A DNA stretch of 34,998 nt from Seison nebaliae (Eukaryota), in assembly GCA_023231475.1 (NCBI GenBank), contig JALJEE010001772.1, positions 1 to 34,998 of the forward strand, written 5' to 3'. The position numbers and the translations under genes are program-made. Of the stretch, positions 22,301-32,918 are shown in pieces. Positions within the stretch are counted from its first letter, which is position 1. Each line of letters opens with the position of its first letter. The notes beneath the pieces are model-generated. The model saw nothing but the letters and a program-made list of their open reading frames with translations. It was not told the origin of the DNA and did no database searches.

Positions 22301-24405
22301 TTTTTCTTTCATTAATATTATTCAATCAATTTTCAGTTATTATTCCGAACCGTGCTCGATCGATTAGATGATTTACGTATCGATTCTGAATATTTTCTAA
22401 CTCTGAAACGAATATTAATGATGCAATATGTTGGATATATTACGAATCCTTCTGAATATAACACGTTAGAGATTAATTTGATAATATTGGTGATATTCCG
22501 TTATTTAGAGATTCTCGTTTGTCCATATTACATCCTAATGGATGGAGTTGGACTGATCGATATCGAGCAGTGGATATAATAACATTACCAATGTTAACTG
22601 AATTTGTTTGTCGATTGAATTCATTTTTACGATTGGTAACATTCTTCGCGGGTAATATTAAAATTAAAGTTTTTATCTTTGATAAACTGAATAATAGACG
22701 AATAATTATTCTTTAAACTTAACTCTTATTAGTTGGCATTGGAACTACATAATGAATTTGTCAAGAAAATCAATTTTTGTACTTTACCGGATCTCTTTTT
22801 CCCACGAACAGCTATTGGTTTGTTAGGAGAAAAAGATTATTATGTCAAAATAAAGAATTTAAGCGAAGTAGCCGAAAATTCATCAGTTTGTCATTACTAT
22901 CAATTTGGATCAGCTACGCATGCTGAATACGCCGCTTTGGAAGTGCTGGTACATATAATGGAAGAGCCTCTGTTCAATAGTTTGAGAACCGTACAACAAT
23001 TGGGATATTCAACTTATGCGAACGTTCATGAAATTGGCAATATTTATGGTGTTGCCATACAAGTGGAAACACAGGCAGAAAATCATTCGTTAAAATTTTA
23101 ATTTGCAACTTCCACATTGTTATTGTTCATCATTTTTTTGATAGTGTTGCCGAAGTATCAAATGCCATCACAAAATTCTTAGCCGTTTTCCAAGAGAAGA
23201 TGTTTGCTATGACAAATAAAGACTTCCAACAACATGTTAGTCGTCGGTATAAATTTCCTTCGAATTATTTCCAAATTTTAGGTACGATCTACTGCTAATA
23301 TGTTAGATATCGATGACTCATGTTTAGCTGACGTCGCCGATTTCTTTTGGCAGGAGATCAATCATAGAAATTTCCAATTTAACCGAAAAAAATTGCAAAT
23401 AAACTCATTAAAAGAATTGAAATTGAACGATATGCTCGTCATCTTTCTTAAACTATTTTCAAAACAACGACGCAGACTATTAGTTTCAATGATAGCTGGT
23501 ACTGGGAAATGTGAACAGTTTGGTCCCAAATTAGATGAAGCAGTTGTAACAGAATCAGAAGGAACTGAAGAAGCAAATGAACCAAAGAAGAAAACCACCA
23601 AATCTTTGGTGCAGGTACCGGAACGTGGAGCGAATTATATTCAAACTCAACGTCCAACTGCTTCTGATTTCCATTTAATGCAAGCTGCGGGACATGGTCG
23701 TTTACGATCTATTGATCTGCCAAATACCCAACCAACAACGAGAAGAGGCACCAAGATCCTTCATCATGGTCTAACCGCTAACGCCGAACAAAGAACAAGT
23801 TTTCTTTATTGAACATTGTCCTCGTAAAATAATGAACCTTATCAAATTTAGCAACAGATATAAAATCGGACGATAGTTTATCAAAAGAATCTTATGTTTT
23901 CAATTTTTATTCGAACGCCAATTTGAATAATTCAAATAATAACAATAAACGAGAAATACCTTCTTTGTGTCATGGGTTTCTGGAAAGAAATCTTAATTAT
24001 AATTGTTCATTAAAAAGTTCGAAAGGATCAAATCCCCAAATTAAGCGACCGAAAAGAACTCGTAGTGGAAATATTAAGTTAACATTGACAGAAATCATTC
24101 GGGAGTTAGTGCCCTCCGAAGAATTGGTGTATCAAATAGTCAATTCTTACAATCGTAACTGTGCCACAACGAAACGTCTTTTGAAACGGGCTTATGTAAA
24201 TACGGCAGAAATGCAAGTCTTATTCTTACCCATGGACAAAAAAGATTGCGTGTGGAGACTAACTAGACCAGCTAGAACCTTTCAAGATATAATCAAAACT
24301 CTGAAACTTGCCCGAGCTTATAATAGACCGATTTCAAAATTACCGAAAATTGTACATTATACACCTTGCACCATCGAGAATGATAACGTTGTGAAGAAAT
24401 TCTAA
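19358..24405 (+). CDS. NRDC: Nardilysin-like M16A zinc metalloendopeptidase, 23 exons, ~1300 aa
   Basis: The spliced translation gives DDRKDYRMIQLANGIKILLISD, SAAALCINVGSF, the inverted zinc motif HFTEH (20032-20046) followed by MLFMGSQKYPKEN, RELEALNSEF and LRTVQQLGY. An insert between LLISD and SAAAL and a C-terminal EMQVLFLP favour nardilysin over IDE. The 22 short GT-AG introns (those measured are 42-68 bp) join the ORF-track fragments in frame. Confidence 0.88.
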
Positions 24406-24606
24406 AAATTAAATGAAATAATTAAAAGGTAAATTGACAAACAAAAAATTTAAAACTATTTTTTTCGACTTCAATGTCATAGTTTCCACAATAATTATTC
24501 ATTGAAAAATTAAATAATATTACGTCATAATATAATAAATATTAAGGAAAATTAAAATTATTACTATTATTATTGTGTTGTACGAATATATATAACGATT
24601 GTAGGA

Positions 24607-26196
24607 ATGATGAAATTGAGAAGAAACAATATTCTCAAAATAATATTTATAATTCTCTTAATCATAATATTCAATTCTCTACATGAAAATGAATCAGATA
24701 CACATTCGAAAGAAATTGTAAAGAAGAAATTACCAAAATACTTCTCAACGCCCAATGTGAAGAATGTCTATCTTTATGGATCTATTTTGCATATTTTCAG
24801 CAAATCAATTTTTGGAAAACCATCAGATCTTCTTCTTTTTCGATCAGTTATCGTTGCGACATACAAACTGGAAATAGGAAGTAAAGGAAATTGCGAACTT
24901 TTCGAAAATGGAAATAAAACCGGAAATACTTTTGCTATTTATCGTCTACTTCGCGATCGAGCAACATTGCACAGGAAATTATTTATCGTAGAATGTTACT
25001 TGGAAGGTGGATTAGAAGTTTTAGAGAAAACTTATTCGATAAGATTGACATCGAATCTTAACAAATACTTTATTATTAACATTCCAAAACCCTTCATCGA
25101 ATTAATCACCCATTCGTATCGAGAACAATTATTTTCTCATAATACATGTCTCTGCTCGCCACCGAATTTAGTGAGAACGGTAAGTGAATCAGTAGATTTG
25201 ATTACTCATATCTCATATCTCGTCCATTATAATGTGTCGTTAATCGTTCTCTATTTTTATGAAGATCAAATTTCTCAATTGAATTTGGTGAAAGAATATG
25301 TCAGAAAAAAATTTGATAAATATCAGAACTTAAAAATCGTTTTTGAATTATTCGATTTGGGACCGATAAAGAGACATATCGATACAGACAAATTGACCGT
25401 CTTCAACGAATGTTTCACCAAATACAAATATAAATGTCGGTCATTTGTTTCTCATGATCAAGATGAATTGATTATACCTCATAAACCGAATATCGATTAC
25501 TATTCATATTTGGAAGAGTTAGCACCATTATATTCTAATCAACGAGGACGTAGTCGTTGTTCTACATTCCAAGCTCATATTGTACTGAACGAACATGATG
25601 TAAAAAATATAATGAAACAATTGACATATTTGGTATCGATCAATTTCCGAAAAATGTTCTTGAAAATTGACTTGAGTCATATTATTCAATTAAATTATTT
25701 TGTTTTTCGTCAGAATCAAAATGTACCTGTCAATATGGAGTTTTGTAAGGACTATATAATAAATCTTATAAAAAATATGACAGAATTTTTTGAAAGGAAG
25801 AAATCTTCAAAATTTTTAGGAAATCGTTATTATCGAGCACTTACCTTTGCATCGCCACATTTTCATGGACAACAAAAATATGGTTGTTTAACACCGTTCG
25901 TTTTCGGGTTGGGAACTCATGGTCATATCGACACACCTAGACAATCAGGAAAAGAAGAACCATTCGATTCATTTGTTAATGTAATTTCATTATTTTCGGA
26001 GACAGTTCAAAATATTTTCAAAAGACCTACTCATATTCGACCAGTGCCAATTGGCATTGGAAAGATGTTACATCATCGAACAAGTTTAAAACCTCCTTAT
26101 AAAGCAACGTTCGAAAGACCATTATATTCCTGCAATTCTTTTTATTTTACTGATATTTGGGAGATGGCAGATGATTTATGGAAGAATTCATCATAG
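24607..26196 (+). CDS. Intronless type II membrane glycosyltransferase, GT92/DUF23-like (529 aa)
   Basis: Short basic N-tail plus a single TM (IIFIILLIIIF). FNECFTKYKY...SHDQDELIIP matches the GT92 pattern NDCL...DxDE-hh-P, and later QKY...P...TH and LHHR motifs are present. Confidence 0.72.
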   Translation: MMKLRRNNILKIIFIILLIIIFNSLHENESDTHSKEIVKKKLPKYFSTPNVKNVYLYGSILHIFSKSIFGKPSDLLLFRSVIVATYKLEIGSKGNCELFENGNKTGNTFAIYRLLRDRATLHRKLFIVECYLEGGLEVLEKTYSIRLTSNLNKYFIINIPKPFIELITHSYREQLFSHNTCLCSPPNLVRTVSESVDLITHISYLVHYNVSLIVLYFYEDQISQLNLVKEYVRKKFDKYQNLKIVFELFDLGPIKRHIDTDKLTVFNECFTKYKYKCRSFVSHDQDELIIPHKPNIDYYSYLEELAPLYSNQRGRSRCSTFQAHIVLNEHDVKNIMKQLTYLVSINFRKMFLKIDLSHIIQLNYFVFRQNQNVPVNMEFCKDYIINLIKNMTEFFERKKSSKFLGNRYYRALTFASPHFHGQQKYGCLTPFVFGLGTHGHIDTPRQSGKEEPFDSFVNVISLFSETVQNIFKRPTHIRPVPIGIGKMLHHRTSLKPPYKATFERPLYSCNSFYFTDIWEMADDLWKNSS

Positions 26197-26317
26197 TTGC
26201 TGACTTCTTATGAAAAACTGATACTACTTCGATTTATATTTTCATAACTCATGAAAACTTCAATTCAAAATAAAATGAATGGGAAAAAAATTGCGAAATG
26301 AATCTGAAAAATTTCAT

Positions 26318-28326
26318 TTACAATTTTAAAGAAGAACGATCAGATGTTTCTTGTTTATTCTGTTTCGGTAATGGTTCTATCACTTTCCCAGGCTCTATAT
26401 ACACTTTCGGTTTAATTAACTCATTATGAGCTCGTTGACTTTGCCACTCCTTCCCGATTGGCTGAGCTATCGATGATTCGAACTGATGAACAGATCGAAA
26501 TGGAAATGGCACATCATTCACTCGATGATTGTCAACTGGACGACCTCCTTTCTTTTCACGAATAATCACATTTGTCATCTTCGCATCTTTTCGTCTGATT
26601 TTTTTCGCTTTATGTACCATCTTCTTCTTCGATTCTACATTCGACCAAGAACCCCAACCCGGTAGTGCCATATTAATATCTTTTGGTTGTTCTTCGTTCT
26701 CAATTGTCATTTTTTCTCGTTGAAATTCTTCGATAATATCATCCTCTAGAAATGCTTCACGCACATCCTCATTTACAATTGCGTTTGATTGATCTGAGTC
26801 ATTTCCATTATCCTCCATCTCATCATTCTCCAAATGATCCATTTGTAAACAATCCATTTCATTCGAATTATCATCAGTTTTCTTAGATGACGATGATTTT
26901 AACCATGGATTCTTTCGAGATAACTCTGTTTGTAATCTATCATAAATTTCTTTATCTTCTACTTCTTCTCCTTCATCAATTTCTATTTCTTTCTTTGTCT
27001 CATCATCTTCCTCTTCAATATCCATATCGTCTTCCATTCGTATTGGAATTTGCTTCTTTCTCAGATCTTTACCTAATTCAATACGATTCTTCAATGTCTC
27101 TCGTTTCTGATCATTGTATTTCCCTAATAATTTTTGCTTTTGACTCCATTTAGTTGACATGCTATGTTTCAATGATGATCGTTCCATAATTCGTTTCTTC
27201 TCTTCTTTTTCCATACGTCGTTCAAATTCTTCGGGATTCACTTCCATCAAAACATTTAACATCTTCATCTCTTCTTTCGACTTCTCTCGCCTCAATATTC
27301 GATGATATCGACGACTTTTAATTTTCTTCAATCGCTTAAATTTGGCCGCATCAAATGCCATCATCGATTTCAATCTTCTCAATTGTCCAACACGTTCCTT
27401 CATCTGTTGTGAATGAGATAGTCAGAAATTAATTTGAATTCATTAAAAAATTAAACTTCTTTTATTGTCATCCTCTCCAGAACTATTTTCTCTTTCTCAC
27501 TCAATTCTTTCTCATTCTCAATATTCTGAGATGAATTCTCTAAAATCTCTTCAATCTGATCTGTTAAATCATTGCTTCTCATACCTTTCTTCAAACAATC
27601 ATCATTAATTCGATTGTTGAATAAATTTGAAAACTTTTTTAATTGAAGTTACCAAAGTGTCTGGTTCCAATTTCACTTTCAATTCATTTTCATTCAAAGG
27701 AAAAACGATTTGTTCTTTCTAATAAATAGAAATTTGTTTAGATTCTCATAAAAATATAAAAACGAACAATCTGATTCTCTTCCACAACATCATTCCACTC
27801 ATTCACATTTTTACAAGTTTCCTCATATAATTTTATTCGCATATTCCGATCACTTAAATGTTTCTTCGTTTCCTTCATTCGATCTTTCCGCAATTGACTC
27901 AATGCATGAGCTTGTTTCAACAATTTTTTATCAATTATCACATCTTCATTCATTTTACGTTTCTTCTTCTTCTTATCCATTCGACCGATTACATCCCATA
28001 ATTCTAATTTCCGTTCTTGTTTTTCTTCAATGCTCGACTCTTCATCACCATTATCCTTTCTAAAATTTATGATATAATTTACAAATAATCCTATAACAGA
28101 AATTTACTGATTCTCATTTAATATAAATTTTTGTAATTTTATTTGATTATCTCGATCAATTTTATTCTCCACTATCTCGTTCTTAGAAATGACAACATTA
28201 TCCACAAAATCTTCATCGTTCTAGTAAACTATATTTATAAACAATAATTATTAACTTAAAACTAACAGGAATCTCAATGAAATCCATTTCATTTTCTTCT
28301 AATTTGCCCATCCGTTTAGTCTCCAT
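26318..28326 (-). CDS. UTP14: U3 snoRNA-associated protein 14. Exons 28326-28267, 28220-28108, 28059-27768, 27718-27653, 27588-27457, 27403-26318 (582 aa)
   Basis: Motifs WNDVVEEN..EQIVFPL, KRLKKIKSRRYHRI, RIMERSSLKH, LPGWGSW and VPFPF..VHQFESSIAQPIGKEW. Five frame-preserving GT-AG introns. Confidence 0.93.
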
Positions 28327-28444
28327 ATTATTTGTATCTTCAATCAATTGTTAATGAAACATCACATTGATCAAAGCTCAAAAAACAAAAAAGATAAATT
28401 TTGAAATCATCTTTAATTTTCATTCAATTGAATATAATTTATTA

Positions 28445-29300
28445 GTTACAAAATGGTGAACGTAGAAACCATGAACGAAAATGACCAAGAAAAAACTTAA
28501 GAAATAACATAATTGCAAAGAAAAATTCGATCTTAATAGTTATTGTCAGTTTCTTCATTCATCTTCAACTCACGCCAGTTTAGTTTCTTCTGCATTTCCA
28601 CCTTAATCCCTACCACAAACTCATAATTCCACCGGAATATCATCACGACTACTTAATCATTATTTGACCCCATTCTATCGACCACCAACTCATAGTTTCT
28701 TTCGATTTGAAGTCCTGTCACCAACTCACAACTTCATCATAATACCACCACGACCACCATCTCAAAATTTCCCCGGAATACCACGAAAATAATTAATTGA
28801 TTAATATGTTTCCAAGATCATCAAGGCTACCAAGTCATAATTTCACGGAAATACCACCATGACTACGATCATTAATTAATTGATTTCTCTCGAATAGCAC
28901 CACAACCACGAACTCGAAATTTATTTAAAGGCAATTTGGTACTTAAAAGTGGTTAAAATAGAAACCATAAAAGGAAATTAGCAAGAACAAACTTTGTTAG
29001 TTTTGTTATTCATCTTCATTTTACTCGTTAGTTTAATTTCTTCCTCATTTCCATCTTAACCACGACCACCAACCCATAATTTCATCATAATACCATGTCT
29101 CCATGTCAATTTCTTCATTGTAACAATTATTCAGTTTAAGATTTTCATCGTAATCTCGACCACAAATGAGAAACTTCGTCGTAATACCACCACTATAATT
29201 GTACTGGAAGACTATCATAACAACGATCATTAACTCATTGCTTATTGCTTCACTTCCACGACCATTGACTTGTAATTTCGTTTGTAGTTAAATAACTCGG
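28445..29300. repeat. Diverged ~500-bp tandem duplication built from degenerate accaccaactcataatttc/ataccaccacgac subrepeats
   Basis: Aligned blocks include tagaaaccatgaacgaaaatgaccaagaaaaaactt vs tagaaaccataaaaggaaattagcaagaacaaactt, and tcatcttca...gtttagtttcttctgcatttccaccttaa vs tcatcttca...gtttaatttcttcctcatttccatcttaa. Confidence 0.7.
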
Positions 29301-29575
29301 AATTTAATAAATTTTTGTTTTTTTTATCACTTTCATTGTGATTTCTCGGTTAATTTTTAATCTGATTATTTTCGTCGTATTTGTGACTTTCGCCATGCCA
29401 TTAGTACCATGACCATCAATTTTCTATATCTAATATTATCGTTAATCATCGTCCTTGTAAAACATCAAAAAAAAAGAAAAAATAGAAAAAAATGATGAAA
29501 TTTTTTGTTTATAATTTTGATTTCTTAGGATGGTTTCCTTGATCACGAATGATCACCATCTTGTGATGAATTTGA

Positions 29576-30223
29576 TCATTTTAATTTTTTCGCATTCGGC
29601 CGATATGGATCTGATTTGGAACTTTTCTTATTTTTCCAAAATTGAAAAATATTGAAATTTTTTAGATTTATCTTCTTTTTCTTCTTCTTCTCTTGATTTA
29701 TTTCTTCATCTTCAATAATAATATTATTAAAAATCTTCTTATCATCACAATAATTTATTAAATCTTCATTCTTATCATTCTGATCATATGTACCATCGTT
29801 TGTTATTGTGGTTTCATTATCGATTATATGAGATACTGGTTTTTGGTTCAACTCGACAATGCTCGATGGTGCTGGTAGTTTTGGATCACTTACAACATTG
29901 TTGATGTTTTCTCGATCAATAATTTCTGTGTTAATAATGTCTACAGGATCGTTATCTGTAACTAGTTCATTCAATTTATTTTCGAAATTAATGTAATATG
30001 ATTTACTATTGAGTAAATGAACTGCATCTTCCAAAGTTTCAATATTCACGAAATCACTCTCATATATAGCCATTTCTTTTAATAATCGTTGCATGGCATC
30101 TTGAAGATGCTTCGGCGTATATTTCATTCTGTGTTGCCATTTTTTCACCATGTAAATTTTATGGTCTAGTTCTGAAACAACGTCAGTAAGATTACGCGAG
30201 TAAAATTTCCGGACTTCGATCAT
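29576..30223 (-). CDS. Hypothetical protein, 215 aa, possibly the last exon of a longer gene
   Basis: A 648-bp open frame with a helical N-half, acidic Asn-rich middle and basic C-terminus. A possible acceptor (aacttcag) lies at ~30251. No recognisable motif. Confidence 0.6.
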   Translation of the reverse strand: MIEVRKFYSRNLTDVVSELDHKIYMVKKWQHRMKYTPKHLQDAMQRLLKEMAIYESDFVNIETLEDAVHLLNSKSYYINFENKLNELVTDNDPVDIINTEIIDRENINNVVSDPKLPAPSSIVELNQKPVSHIIDNETTITNDGTYDQNDKNEDLINYCDDKKIFNNIIIEDEEINQEKKKKKKINLKNFNIFQFWKNKKSSKSDPYRPNAKKLK

Positions 30224-30879
30224 TTTTGGTTTAAATTGTGGAAGATTTTGCTGAAGTTAAAAATATCTGGATCTGACAAGAGCAAAAAAAGATATATTAA
30301 TCAGTAGATTTGTGTTTCTTCAAATAGTGAAAATATAAATTAAGAAAAATGATTAATGAAACTTATTGGAACCGTTAAAGAATTTTAGATGAAAATAAAA
30401 AAACGTTCGTTAATAATGATAATAATAATATATCGTCATTTTATAAAATATTAATATGCCGCATCATGCAAACGAATAACGGCATTGTATATATAACTTA
30501 AACAATTTATTTTTAATTCCAATACAATCAAATACCGTTACACCTTTTTATGTCTATCTCCAACGTTTTACTGATATTTATGACGTGTTAATATTATTAA
30601 TTTAAAATCAGATGAGTCGTCTTTCGTTAATTTTGACAATTCAGTTTAAATCCACTATAACATATATAGTTTATAAATTGGACTCACAATCAGTATATAA
30701 TATAATAATTTATTAAATAATTTAACTTCATTGTACAATTATTAAAATTTAACTTACTGTTAGAGAGAATTAATCAATGAAATTTTATTATCCAAGAGAA
30801 CAATGAAGAAAAATATGAAATTTGTTATTAGAGTTCCATTCTAAAACGATCTAATTGACCGGTGACAAACTGACGGCAA

Positions 30880-32090
30880 TTATTTGAACGGATTATATGA
30901 TGGAAAACTATTTTGCTCAACTTTCCATTTTACTGACACAACCAACATGTTTGGTGGTCGGAGATTATATCTCAGGAATGCCACATATAGAAATATCAAG
31001 CGCATATGTCGTGTCGTTTATGATGGTGTCATAAGAATAGGTTACTGTTATGTGGAGATTCTTCTACCTGAAGATAATTTGATACTTTTTCATAATCCTT
31101 CCGAAAAATCGGTTCTATTAATTTTTTAAGTTTATCTTTCATACTGTACGATTCTTCTTCATGCCAAAATATTTCGAAAATAAAATCATAATTATGCATT
31201 AATCGTAAAACAGATTATAGGTTGTTGATAAGATGTACACGTTCATTATTAATAAAGTACCACTAATCTGTTTCATTAAAGGATTTAACAAGACATTTAA
31301 TATGACTCGAATCTAAGAGTTTCATTTCCATATCAATTCTTTTATTATATTGTGTTTTAGTTACAATTGTCTTGTTCAAATGATACATCTCTACTATAAC
31401 ACTTATTCGATTACTTCGAAGCTTGCTGCATCACTTATTAGATTTATTATTTTCTCCCGCAGATAAGAAGTTGCTTTATCATATTCTATAAAAGGGGAAT
31501 TCCTTTATATTACGTTGACATGTTTGTTAAGCAACTCATAAATTGCAGGATCTTCTCTGCATCAATGTTAGATCAAAGATATGATCAATATCCTTAATCT
31601 GAAATATTTCTCTCTTTGTCATTAAAGTTAACCCATAAATTTTATAATTTTTCCCCTGTACATCTACATTCAACTTACGGAATAACCTGTTTGTAACTAA
31701 TTCATGATCTTTCCAATATTGATCACGTAATTCCATTTTGAAATCACTGAAAACCAGATCTTCGTAAGGAATAGGCGGAAATTCAAAATCAAAATACTTC
31801 TCTACCAATAAATGGATTTTGCTTTACTTACTTAATCACTTCAGTGATTCTCTCATACAATTTATGAACGATCTCCAGATCTAACTTCAAGTAATAAGGT
31901 TCTCCTAATGGTGAACTTAAAGGAGTAATAACAACATTCGGATAATCGAATTGATTTATTACTTCATTACATTTTTCTTGGATCCAAAGTTCGTCTTCCA
32001 GAACTCTCTGGTTGAACATACGATAATTGGTAGATGTCAAATATTGCATCTTCATCAACATCCTCTGGATATAAGTACAAACGAGAACTG
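30880..32090 (-). pseudogene. Probable decayed gene of unknown family
   Basis: Consecutive protein-like minus-strand fragments in shifting frames (ORFs 32061-31828 and 31808-31536, then stop-ridden continuation). They are not joined by convincing introns. Confidence 0.4.
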
Positions 32091-32918
32091 AAACATTGAA
32101 AAAAAATATTATTATTATGTAATTATTTTAGGTAACAATATTTTACAATAAAATGTTACTTGAACATAATCAACAGAATATTATTATAGAATGTCCTCGA
32201 ATTTTTATTACTGTCTATTAATTGATAAGTTATAGAATACTCAATAACAACTAATCAGATAATTTAGAAAGTTCAGAAATAATGATAATTTAAATTGAGT
32301 AAAACCACTTTATTTTCTTCGAGAAAATTGTTCAAATGTGAAAGAATATTTAATTTCGTCTAACTTCAAAATCGGGAGATCAAAAATTTTGTCGAAAGTA
32401 ATAGGATTTTACTCACAAATAAAACCGGTAGAACTCTCGGTATGAGAATAATTATGTCGGTGCCAAATAAATTTACACATGTTCCCACCCTTTGGGATTC
32501 TCTTGTTAACTTAAAACAATGTTCAACTTGGATTACATTGGAAGAAAGGACGAACGAAGGAAATGATGATAATAGTCATAAAAAAGTTTCTAGAACCGTT
32601 AAGATGGGTGAAATGAGAATGTAAAATGGATTTGTGAATAGAACTTCTAAGGAACTTTATAATTTTCTGTTCTGACAAACTCATTAACGGAATAGGAAAA
32701 GAATGGATTGAAACAACATGTCGTCAAATAATTTCTGATGAAAAAAATTTTGAAAATTACGTTTCTTCCAGATGTGAAGGAAAATTGTGAAAATTTTAAA
32801 TAGAACAAATGTTCATCAGTTTATGAGAAATATAGAACCCTTTGAGAGAAAATAGTTTGAAAGTCAAAAGCAAATGAAATGATCGAAAGCAAATAATTCA
32901 ATAATCATGCGGAATTAA

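Noticed and set aside
19358..24405. Fragmented peptidase ORFs as a pseudogene, recoding or alternative genetic code
   Set aside because: Every break is explained by a short frame-preserving GT-AG intron, and long ORFs elsewhere translate cleanly with the standard code.
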